A stretch of 64,000 nt of DNA from an uncultured Armatimonadetes bacterium (GTDB taxonomy: Bacteria > Armatimonadota > Hebobacteria > Hebobacterales > Hebobacteraceae). The first letter of the stretch is position 1, and every line of letters begins with the position of its first letter. The notes below the pieces were generated by a model that was not told the origin of the DNA, made no database searches, and saw only the letters and a program-made list of their open reading frames with translations. Positions 10,151 through 18,356 of this stretch are shown in pieces. The position numbers and the translations under genes were made by a program. Location: the NCBI GenBank assembly GCA_963716175.1, contig OY970296.1, positions 640,001 through 704,000 of the forward strand, given 5' to 3'.

Positions 10151-11536
10151 CTACGCAATCGGGTCAGGTCTTGGCGCAAGCAGCACACCGTCGTGGAGCA
10201 AGCGCTGCTGCAGAGACGGGACCTCCACGGCCGCTGGTGCGATGCCACGCGCCGCGGCCATCGCCGCGGCGGTGCCAGCAGCTTGCCCGCAGATCAGGCA
10301 GCACACAGTGTTCCGCGTGCTGTTGTGTGCGACCAGGTCAACGGTCATCATGCGGCCGGCGATCAGCACGTTCTCGAGTCCCCGCGGAACGAGAGCCCGG
10401 TATGGGATCCCGTACGCGCCCGCCTCGCGGACGAAATGCTCGCTGTTGTCTATGAACCCAAAACAGCCGATCTGGTCTGCGAACTGCGCGGCCTGAGCGC
10501 AGTCTTCCTGGCTCAACTCGTACCGGCAGCGAATCGCCCGGGAACGCCGCTGGCCCGCGAAAGGCGCGGGGCCAGCCGGGTAGCAGCCCTCGCACCCTTT
10601 GACGTGCTTCCGGAACAGATCAGCCACCTCCAGCATCTGCGCTCGCAGCGTCACCTCTGCCGAAGTGAGCGCCGCCGGGTCCAGACCGTCGTTGGGCCCA
10701 TAGTTGATGCAGTTGCAGTAAGTGAGCTCCCGCGGTCGGAGCGAGGATGCCAGGAAGTAGCCCGGGACCGACTGCCCGATCAGTTGACCAAGCCTATCCA
10801 TAGCGATTCCCAGACGCACCAAGTCCGGAGCCCGCTCTCCCGGCTTCACCGCGTGGGCCAACTGCGTGATCAGACCGCGCTCATCCAGGAAGTCCTGGGC
10901 GGCCTCAAGATCCACGTTACAGAGACGGAAGGTGAACCCGGCGGAATAGGCCCCCGGATCGCCGGGCTTGAACTGCTCGCAGGGGGCGCCAGCATAGGCG
11001 GCCAGATCGCCATCTCCAGTGCAGTCCACGTATTGCTTGGCGCGGACACGGCTGCGGCCGGCCTTGTTCCAGACCACAACGCTCTCCACCTGGCCACCGG
11101 TGGCGCACACTTCGTCCATGACAGTGCGAAGCAGGAGCATCACTCCCGCTTCCAGGCAGGCCTGGGCGGCCGCCACCTTGAACACCTCAGGCTCCACCGG
11201 AGTGAGCATGCTCACGAAGTCGCCCCCGCGCTCCATGCGCACATGTCCCAACCCGCCGCCCAGTCGCCCCACGCGGTCCACAAGTTCCTGCGCAATCCCG
11301 GAGGCGACGCGCGTGCGTTGCGCCCCAGGATGTGCATCGAACACATTGAAGAAGCTGTGCAGGCCTGTTGCGCCGGTGACGCCGATGCCACCCAACCAGC
11401 CGCTCTGCTCCACCAGCACGGTCTTGGCGCCGGTGCGAGCGGCCGCGATGGCAGCGGCAACGCCGGCCATCCCGCCGCCGGCCACCAGCACGTCACAGCG
11501 CGGGTAGCGATTCTCATCTATGCGTGGCGACTGCAC
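10151..11536 (-). CDS. FAD-dependent oxidoreductase (second paralog)
   Basis: DVLVAGGGMAG, VDCTGDGD, IPYRALVP, GQAAGTAAA; start GTG 11536 or TTG 11551. Confidence 0.88.
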   Translation of the reverse strand: MQSPRIDENRYPRCDVLVAGGGMAGVAAAIAAARTGAKTVLVEQSGWLGGIGVTGATGLHSFFNVFDAHPGAQRTRVASGIAQELVDRVGRLGGGLGHVRMERGGDFVSMLTPVEPEVFKVAAAQACLEAGVMLLLRTVMDEVCATGGQVESVVVWNKAGRSRVRAKQYVDCTGDGDLAAYAGAPCEQFKPGDPGAYSAGFTFRLCNVDLEAAQDFLDERGLITQLAHAVKPGERAPDLVRLGIAMDRLGQLIGQSVPGYFLASSLRPRELTYCNCINYGPNDGLDPAALTSAEVTLRAQMLEVADLFRKHVKGCEGCYPAGPAPFAGQRRSRAIRCRYELSQEDCAQAAQFADQIGCFGFIDNSEHFVREAGAYGIPYRALVPRGLENVLIAGRMMTVDLVAHNSTRNTVCCLICGQAAGTAAAMAAARGIAPAAVEVPSLQQRLLHDGVLLAPRPDPIA

Positions 11537-11562
11537 CGCACCTCTTCTCAAATCTGCGAACC

Positions 11563-12675
11563 CTAGGCCAGGTAGCCCCGACCGCCCATCAGCCGAAGAT
11601 AGCCTTCGGCCCCCTGCTGACGCGCGCCGAAGGCCGCGAACAGGCCCTCTGCGGTTTCCTCAATGGTCCGGCGATTGTTGGTGTAAGGATCCTGGCGAGT
11701 GGCCTCATTCACCTGCTCGGCCCATTCCCGAGGGATCGCGTCAACTCCCGAGAGCGCTCCTGCCAGGCCTCCGGCGATCGCCGCCAGGCAGTCGGTGTCC
11801 CGGCCGAAGTTCACTGCGGTCAAGATCGCCGCCTTCGGGTCGCCCCCCGTGATGGCGAAGACGGCCAGGCCCTTGGCTACGATCTCGTTGGCCTGGGACT
11901 CGCCGTAGTTGAAGTAGTCGCCGCCATAGTAGAACTGGTAGAACTCATCCCGCATCGCCATCGCGTCGGTGTGCTTGCGGGCCAGCTCCAAGGCCTGCGT
12001 CACCTCGTCCTCAATGGTATCGTACAACGCGTACAGATTCCCGGCCTCGGCGCGATAGTGCACGAACCGCGCCGCTACCTCGAGCACAGACTCTGAGGTC
12101 GCGTTAGGCTTGCAGGCCTCCGCAATGGCCGCGACGTAGAGCGCGGCCCAGCGCAGGCCAAAGGCGATCGGGCTCATGTAGACCAGGCCCACCTGGAACG
12201 CGTCGTCGGCCGCGCCCTCCGGGTCCCCGGCGTTGATCAGCCCCAAGGGATGTGAGGCGCGGGCCAGAGAGACGACATTGGGGAAGGGCCAGAGCCGGCC
12301 CAGCTCGGCGGGGGGCACGCCCGCCCGCGCCAGCTCCAGGAGAGAGCGGTCGAAGCGCTCCTGCTTGTACTTCATCTTCTCCGGGTGTAGATCCCTCAGC
12401 CATACCCTCACCAGGTCGTGAGGGAGAATGCGGCCCTGCTTCTCGATGATGGCGGTAGAGATCAGCTTCTGGCGCTCGATGCCATCCTCGGTGGTGCCAG
12501 GCAACCGCTCCCAGTCGGTCTCTTCGGTGTAGTGCCGGTACGGCAGGAGCTCGTCCAGGCAGCCGTGCGCCTGCTTGATCGCCTCCCGCGAAGCGCCTTC
12601 CATGGGCGCTCCCATCGCGGAGCCAACCCAGGAACCGGCGATGCAGCCCGCGAACTTCCTTCGCAGCGTAACCAT
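11563..12675 (-). CDS. ADP-ribosylglycohydrolase-family protein
   Basis: GSAMGAPMEG, TTED, AVNFGRDTDCLAAIAGGLAGA. Confidence 0.85.
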   Translation of the reverse strand: MVTLRRKFAGCIAGSWVGSAMGAPMEGASREAIKQAHGCLDELLPYRHYTEETDWERLPGTTEDGIERQKLISTAIIEKQGRILPHDLVRVWLRDLHPEKMKYKQERFDRSLLELARAGVPPAELGRLWPFPNVVSLARASHPLGLINAGDPEGAADDAFQVGLVYMSPIAFGLRWAALYVAAIAEACKPNATSESVLEVAARFVHYRAEAGNLYALYDTIEDEVTQALELARKHTDAMAMRDEFYQFYYGGDYFNYGESQANEIVAKGLAVFAITGGDPKAAILTAVNFGRDTDCLAAIAGGLAGALSGVDAIPREWAEQVNEATRQDPYTNNRRTIEETAEGLFAAFGARQQGAEGYLRLMGGRGYLA

Positions 12676-12818
12676 CTCAGCTCGCTCCTTCCCACCTCAG
12701 TTTCGGCAGAGAAGGCAGGTAGCCCTCTGGGAAGCGCGATCCTAGCTGGAAGGTGACCAGTCCTCCGGCCGGAAAGGAACCGGCAAGACTGCGTGACACC
12801 GGAAGACGACGAGCTAGC

Positions 12819-14057
12819 ATGACTGCAAAGGACAGAGTCACCATCAGAGACCTGGCCAACCGAATCGCCGAGATCGCAGCCCGCCCGGATCAGGACCAGA
12901 AGCGCGAGATCTGGTATGCGCAGGGCAGCCTCAAGCCGATCCGCCCTCCGGTCTACTGCTCGCCCGAGGGATCGTGGGTGGAGCTGCTGCCGCCGGAGGC
13001 GCTGGCGTGCGAAGACGTGGATGCCCGTGGGATCGAGGAGGCGTTGCGCCAGCGCATCTACGCGGCCGAGCACTTCCACGATGACCAGGTTTGTGATAAC
13101 ACGTACGCCGTTCACTGCTCGGTCGAGATCAGCGGCTGGGGAGTGCACGAAGACTACATCTACAGCGATCAGCCCCGGGGCGCCTATGTCTGGGACCCAC
13201 CCATCAAGAGCCGAGGCGATCTGGAGAGGCTCCGCAAGCCGACCGTCGCACACCACGTGGAGAGCAGTCGGCGCCGTCTCGAACTCGCACAGGACCTGCT
13301 AGGGGACATCCTCGAGGTGCGCCAGAAGGGCGAGCTATGGATGTCTGCCGGGCTCGTTGATGAGTGGACGCTGCTGCGCGGGATCAACCAGACTTTCCTG
13401 GACATGAACGATGACCCGGACCTGGTGCACGCCGGCATGGGATTTCTGATGGAGGGGACGCTGGCCTGCATGGAAGAGCTGACGGCCCAGGGCCTGCTTA
13501 CGCTCAACAACGGCAATGACTACTGCGGCTCCGGTGCCCTTGGCTGGAGCCGCGAGCTGCCGTCACCGGGCTTCGACGGACATGTGCGGCTGATTGACCT
13601 CTGGGGCTTCGCCGATGCGCAGACCATGTCTCTGGTCTCGCCAGCGATGCACGAGGAGTTCGTGCTTAGATACCAGGTGCCGCTGTTGGAGCGCTTCGGC
13701 CTCAACTACTATGGGTGCTGCGAGCCACTCCACCTGAAACTGGATATGCTCAAGCGCCAGGTGCCCCGGCTGCGCCGAGTCTCGATCTCTCCCTGGGCGG
13801 ACAAACGCATAAGCGCGGAGAAGCTCGGGTCGCGGATCATCTTCGGCTGGAAGCCCAACCCGGCCTACCTGGCAGGGGTGGAGTTCGATGGAGAGCTCGT
13901 GCGGCAGGACATCCGCGAGACGGTGGACATCTGTAAGGAGTATGGCTGCGCCCTGGAGATGACCATCAAGGACACCCACACCTGCAACTACCAACCGTGG
14001 CGATTCGACGAGTGGACCAGGATCGCGATGGAGGAGGCGCAGCGGGCGGCCGAGTAG
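12819..14057 (+). CDS. Conserved protein with URO-D / corrinoid-methyltransferase-like TIM-barrel C-terminus
   Basis: LRG..TFLDM.DDPDLVH, VSPAMHEEF, YYGCCEPLH, SISPW, WKPNP; function unknown. Confidence 0.65.
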   Translation: MTAKDRVTIRDLANRIAEIAARPDQDQKREIWYAQGSLKPIRPPVYCSPEGSWVELLPPEALACEDVDARGIEEALRQRIYAAEHFHDDQVCDNTYAVHCSVEISGWGVHEDYIYSDQPRGAYVWDPPIKSRGDLERLRKPTVAHHVESSRRRLELAQDLLGDILEVRQKGELWMSAGLVDEWTLLRGINQTFLDMNDDPDLVHAGMGFLMEGTLACMEELTAQGLLTLNNGNDYCGSGALGWSRELPSPGFDGHVRLIDLWGFADAQTMSLVSPAMHEEFVLRYQVPLLERFGLNYYGCCEPLHLKLDMLKRQVPRLRRVSISPWADKRISAEKLGSRIIFGWKPNPAYLAGVEFDGELVRQDIRETVDICKEYGCALEMTIKDTHTCNYQPWRFDEWTRIAMEEAQRAAE

Positions 14058-14088
14058 AACCCGGTGCGACCGGGGGGCGGAGGCGGAG

Positions 14089-15522
14089 TTGAGAGCCGTG
14101 CGCTTAGGAAACCTGGTTTTGGCTCTGGTGGCGCTTCTCGGCGCTGGCCGCGACATCCCACACGCCGCGGCAAAGGAGGCTCGTGCTTCGCAGCGAAGAA
14201 GCCTCGCTGCTTCGCAGAGTAGGATCGCACAGATGATCCAGGTTCAGCCGAAGGAGACCGACGAGTTGCTCGCCAACCCCGGCATGGGCTGGCAGACGTT
14301 CCACCACTTCGCGGATGATGACGCGAACCTGGCCGGGCTACCCACCGGCGCCGCCTACTTCCGGTTCTACTGGCGGCAACTGGAGCCCACAGAGGGACAG
14401 ATTGACTTCGCCGTGCTGGACGGCCTGCTCGCTCACGCACACCGCGCAGGGCAGAAGCTCGGCTTTCGCGTCATGATCGCGGCCACCGGGGAGCGATTCC
14501 GCTCGGGCGCGCCGGACTGGCTGAGGGAGAAGGGCTGCAAGGGCTACGAGTACTACTACGAGGGAGAAGGTCCGCTCTGGGTCCCAGACTTCGAGGACCC
14601 TATGTTCGAAGAGGCCCACTTCCGCTTGATCGCGGAGCTAGGCAAGCGCTATGACGGCCACCCCGACCTGGACTATGTGGACATCGGTTCAGTTGGGCTG
14701 TGGGGCGAGTGGCACATGTCGGGCACGGGGGTGGAGATGCCGCCGGTTAGGACCCGCCTGGAGATCATTGACGCCTACCTGCGCGCCTTCCCGAAGACGC
14801 GCAAGCTGATGCTGATCGGCAACCCCGACGGCATGAAGCACGCCATCGGCCGTGGGTGCGGTTGGCGCGCCGACTGCCTGGGCGACATGGGCGGTTTCTC
14901 GCCCTGCTGGAATCACATGCGGGACGCCTACCCCGAGCAGATCGCCTCCACCGGCAGCCAGGACGCCTGGAAGCAGGCGCCGGTCGCCTGGGAGACCTGC
15001 TGGGACATGCGCAAATGGGTGGCCGAGGGATGGGATATCCGCTACATCTTCGACTATGGTCTCGGTTACCACGCCAGCTATGTCAACAACAAGTCCGCAC
15101 CCATCCCAGAGGGCACCCGGCCCGAGGTCGAGCGGCTCCTGCGCAAGCTGGGGTACCGGCTGGTATTGCGATCGCTGGAGCATGACGCCGTGGCGAGCCC
15201 GGGATCGGCTTTCCACGTCACGATGCAGTGGGAAAACATGGGAGTGGCGCCGCCGTATCGCGACTACCTGGTGGCCTTCCGGCTGACCGATGCCGATGGC
15301 AAGAGCACCGTGCTCGTCTCCAGGACGTCCATCAAAAGCTGGCTGCCGGGGAGCGTCTCGAGTGAGGAGAGCATGGATCTGCCGCCGGGAGTGGCCCCCG
15401 GGAAATGCCAACTGGGGGTCGCCATCGTTGACCCGGCGACGAAGGAGCCGGCGGTGCGGCTCGCGATCACCGGACGCGGCGCAGACGGCTGGTATCCGGT
15501 CAGCAGCGTCGAGATGAAGTAG
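14089..15522 (+). CDS. Secreted DUF4832-type putative glycoside hydrolase
   Basis: Hydrophobic signal, LANPGMG, YFRFYWRQLEP, GLWGEWH, LGYRLVL, NMGVAPPY. Confidence 0.75.
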   Translation: MRAVRLGNLVLALVALLGAGRDIPHAAAKEARASQRRSLAASQSRIAQMIQVQPKETDELLANPGMGWQTFHHFADDDANLAGLPTGAAYFRFYWRQLEPTEGQIDFAVLDGLLAHAHRAGQKLGFRVMIAATGERFRSGAPDWLREKGCKGYEYYYEGEGPLWVPDFEDPMFEEAHFRLIAELGKRYDGHPDLDYVDIGSVGLWGEWHMSGTGVEMPPVRTRLEIIDAYLRAFPKTRKLMLIGNPDGMKHAIGRGCGWRADCLGDMGGFSPCWNHMRDAYPEQIASTGSQDAWKQAPVAWETCWDMRKWVAEGWDIRYIFDYGLGYHASYVNNKSAPIPEGTRPEVERLLRKLGYRLVLRSLEHDAVASPGSAFHVTMQWENMGVAPPYRDYLVAFRLTDADGKSTVLVSRTSIKSWLPGSVSSEESMDLPPGVAPGKCQLGVAIVDPATKEPAVRLAITGRGADGWYPVSSVEMK

Positions 15523-15553
15523 GGCAGCTCCGCGAGACGCCAGGCTCGATCTG

Positions 15554-15629
<76 letters not shown>

Positions 15630-15634
15630 AGAGC

Positions 15635-15710
15635 TGGAGCGGAAAACGGGATTCGAACCCGCGACCCACAGCTTGGGAAGCTGTTGCTCTACCAGCTGAG
15701 CTATTTCCGC
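15635..15710 (-). tRNA. tRNA-Gly(CCC)
   Basis: Reverse complement GCGGAAATAGCTCAGCTGGTAGAGCAACAGCTTCCCAAGCTGT...GGTTCGAATCCC...CCA. Confidence 0.97.
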
Positions 15711-15725
15711 CCTTATTCCACTGCT

Positions 15726-15753
15726 AGTCTAACACCTGGTTATTGGTTGTCAA
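15726..15753 (-). promoter_or_regulatory. Sigma70-type promoter for the tRNA pair
   Basis: TTGACA-16 nt-TAGACT with extended -10 TG, about 15 nt upstream of tRNA-Gly. Confidence 0.75.
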
Positions 15754-15797
15754 GACATGGCAACGGGTGTGACCGCAGAGGCTGGGACGACCACCGT

Positions 15798-15962
15798 TGT
15801 CATTCTGAGCGAGCGCGCAGTGGCTAGGTCGGCACAGCCGACCGCCATGGCGGCAGTAGGACTAGCCACGCGAAGCGAAGAACCCCGCCGTTGGGTTGGC
15901 GCGGACGGCGAGGTCCCTTCGCCTTGCTCAGGGCAGGCTCTTCGCTGACGCTTAGGATGACA
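15798..15962. repeat. Composite palindromic repeat (TGTCATTCTGAGCG ... CGCTTAGGATGACA) with nested 50-nt element at 15820-15869
   Basis: Near-perfect 14-nt terminal inverted repeats; internal GCGAAG/CTTCGC units; nested element shared with the GRE gene. Confidence 0.8.
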
Positions 15963-16091
15963 GCAGCGCGGTATTCGGCCGACCTAGGCAAAACGGTCAC
16001 ACCCCAACCGCGACGGCTCTGACCTCGAATCCTGTATTCGCAGGAGTCTGCCTGAGGCGGAGGGCGACGCCTCGGCACAGGAATGCGCCTC

Positions 16092-16610
16092 CTACCGGCT
16101 CGGCGCGCCGGCCTGCGGAGAGCGGCTCGCGCGCAGGCTGCGCAGGTAATGGATGATGTACCAGCGCCGCTCCAGCGGCACCGTGCTCTCCAGCACCGGC
16201 TCGTGACCAGAGCCCAGCACCATGGCGCGGGCGAGCGCGCCATCGGCGAGGCCCTGCATCTTGGGGGAGGTGAGATCAGTGGGCGCCGGCACGTAGCTCT
16301 GCCCGACCGGGCCCTCGCCTCTTCCGCTCTGGCCGTGGCACATCTGGCAGTAGTAGCCGTAGTAGATGCCGCCCAGCGAGATCGTCTCAGCGGTTGGCTT
16401 CACCGGATTCGCCAGGCGGGCTGCCTCCGCCTGGGTGAGGGGCAGCGGGTTCGGGCCCGCGAATGGCACCTGGTTGGCCGGCACCTCCGGCATCTCTTTC
16501 TCGAAGGGCTTGATCGAGGCCTGGTCCCGCATCCGCGGAGAGCAGGAGAAAGGTTGAGAGCTAACTCCGAATCCCACGAGCGCCAGCGCCGCCAGGGAGA
16601 GGACCCTCAT
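16092..16610 (-). CDS. actE: Monoheme cytochrome c, ActE-like subunit of alternative complex III
   Basis: Signal peptide plus Cys, MRDQASIKPFE, LANPV, CQMCH, RWYIIHYLRSL. Confidence 0.75.
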   Translation of the reverse strand: MRVLSLAALALVGFGVSSQPFSCSPRMRDQASIKPFEKEMPEVPANQVPFAGPNPLPLTQAEAARLANPVKPTAETISLGGIYYGYYCQMCHGQSGRGEGPVGQSYVPAPTDLTSPKMQGLADGALARAMVLGSGHEPVLESTVPLERRWYIIHYLRSLRASRSPQAGAPSR

Positions 16611-16885
16611 TTCGCCTTCTTCCCCACCGTGGCCGGCGGCAGCCGGATCTGCTCGGGTGCGGTGGTAGAGGCGGAGGCTGGCTCCGTGCTCGAGTAAGAT
16701 TGAGCCGGGATGAGCGGTGCGGAACGATAGGACCAGGCGCGCGGCCGGTCGCCCACTGCGCGCAGCATCAGCATCGCGTTGACCACCATCACCACCACCA
16801 TCAGCGCGACCACCAGCCAGGCCACCAGCGTTCCCCGCGAGTCGTCTCCGGCACCCCCCTTGCGATGTTCAAGCTGCTGCGACAA
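16607..16885 (-). CDS. Small single-TM membrane protein, unknown function
   Basis: TTG start after GGGAG; hydrophobic LVAWLVVALMVVVMVVNAML; ATGA overlap with actE. Confidence 0.6.
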   Translation of the reverse strand: MSQQLEHRKGGAGDDSRGTLVAWLVVALMVVVMVVNAMLMLRAVGDRPRAWSYRSAPLIPAQSYSSTEPASASTTAPEQIRLPPATVGKKAK

Positions 16886-16899
16886 GTCCCGTCTCCCGC

Positions 16900-17169
16900 T
16901 CAGTAGCTCACATGGCTCAGCCACATATAGAGGCTGTAGACGATGATGAAGATGAAGATCCCGACATAGATCAGCCAGAGAAACAGGGGAATGGGCCGGT
17001 TCGCCATCCGGATCTCGGCTGGGAACTCCTCTGTCTTTTCCTCCTGGTCGGAGAGGGCGCGCGCCCGGGAGGGCAGGTAGAACCCGAGGAACAGCGAGAC
17101 CGCGATGCCCATCCCCAGCAGCACCATGATCAGCAGCCAACGCACCCAGAGCACCTCGAAGGCCTGCAT
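16900..17169 (-). CDS. Small 2-TM protein resembling the CcoP N-terminal / CcoQ-like segment
   Basis: EEFPAEIRMANRPIPLFLWLIY resembles the E..NPLP.W motif of the cbb3 subunit III N-terminus; no heme motif. Confidence 0.6.
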   Translation of the reverse strand: MQAFEVLWVRWLLIMVLLGMGIAVSLFLGFYLPSRARALSDQEEKTEEFPAEIRMANRPIPLFLWLIYVGIFIFIIVYSLYMWLSHVSY

Positions 17170-17172
17170 GGC

Positions 17173-17358
17173 TCAGCTCCCCTCCGTCTTCTCAGGGGGC
17201 TCGGGGTCGCCTTCAGCTTCTTTGGGATGCTCGAGGGGGAGGTAACGGGCCCGCTCCTGATCCCGAAACTGGCCCGTGCGCACTGCCCAGAGGAAGAGCA
17301 GCGAGAAGATGGTGACGCCGACCACAGCGTAGAGGATCCACATGGTCAACAGCTCCAC
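17173..17358 (-). CDS. ccoS: cbb3 oxidase assembly protein CcoS/FixS
   Basis: FLWAVRTGQFRDQERARYLPL signature. Confidence 0.85.
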   Translation of the reverse strand: MELLTMWILYAVVGVTIFSLLFLWAVRTGQFRDQERARYLPLEHPKEAEGDPEPPEKTEGS

Positions 17359-18356
17359 TAGCGTCCTCCCTTCTCGGGCCTGGGCGGGACATAGGGCAGC
17401 TGGGGATGGGCCGGGGTGATGTAGGCGGCGTCAATGCCCAAGGGCGCAACATGATAATCAGTATAGTCCACGAAGTTGGCTGCCACGAAGTTGGAGACGT
17501 CCCAGATCTTGGCCGACTCCAGGTCCTTCTTGAAATATGGCATGTCGGTTCCGGTGATGCCGTTCATCACCTGATAGTAGAGCAGGCCGCCGATGTACTT
17601 GCCCTGCGGCAGATTGCCCTTGAGGGTGGTGAAGTCCAGCGGCGGAGGCATGAGGTGAGGCGCGGCAATACCTTTGCCGTCGCCGACCGGGCCATGGCAG
17701 CCCACGCAGAAGATCTCGTATACCTCCTGCCCGCGGGCCAACGCGGCTTGATCCGGAGGATACGGGTTGGGCATGTTCAGCCACACCGCTGGTACTTCGG
17801 AGTGAAGCCAGCGCAAGTTGGCCACCGGACCCGCGCGATAGGCCGCCACCGCCCGCTTCTTCCAGTAGCTCTGGCGCGCCACCCGGTAGTCGGCATCCGC
17901 GCCGCCCAGGCTCTGCACGTAGTCGGTGAGCAACTGCACGTTTCCCCTCCCGAGGAACTCGAACCGGGGCATGAGCGAGAGCGGGCGGGTCGAGCGCGGA
18001 TTCAGGAAATGGGCGAGGTGCCAGTCATCCGGATGCTCGCCTCCCTCCTGGGAGAGGTCGGGGCCGGTCCGCTCTGACCCCAGCAAGTGTGGCTGCTGCT
18101 GGTGGTAATCCCCGGCCTGAGCGATGCGGTCCGCGCCGACGCCCCAGTCCTGGGGCCGGACGTACTGGGAGTGGCAATAGGTGCAGCCATTGGCGATGAA
18201 GAGCAGGCGCCCCTTTTCCTCCCGCAGAGTGAGCGGCCGCCAGATCCTCGAGGGCTGCTTGGTGATGGTGGCGGTTGGCACCAGCACCACGGAGAAGAAG
18301 GCCGCCCAGACGATGGCAACGGAGCCGAAGATGAGAAGCGCAGGACTCATTCTCAT
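17358..18356 (-). CDS. ccoO: cbb3 oxidase subunit II (CcoO) fused to a C-terminal cytochrome c domain
   Basis: GCTYCHSQYVRP, GSERTGPDL, WHLAHFLNPR, SLMP; second heme CVGCHG ... GTDMP. Confidence 0.88.
   Translation of the reverse strand: MRMSPALLIFGSVAIVWAAFFSVVLVPTATITKQPSRIWRPLTLREEKGRLLFIANGCTYCHSQYVRPQDWGVGADRIAQAGDYHQQQPHLLGSERTGPDLSQEGGEHPDDWHLAHFLNPRSTRPLSLMPRFEFLGRGNVQLLTDYVQSLGGADADYRVARQSYWKKRAVAAYRAGPVANLRWLHSEVPAVWLNMPNPYPPDQAALARGQEVYEIFCVGCHGPVGDGKGIAAPHLMPPPLDFTTLKGNLPQGKYIGGLLYYQVMNGITGTDMPYFKKDLESAKIWDVSNFVAANFVDYTDYHVAPLGIDAAYITPAHPQLPYVPPRPEKGGR

Noticed and set aside
9044-11566. Long antisense or alternate-frame ORFs (e.g. 840 aa at 9044-11566, 581 aa at 48372-50117, 514 aa at 4383-5927)
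   Set aside because: They shadow well-supported genes on the opposite strand, as expected in high-GC DNA, and have no recognisable motifs.
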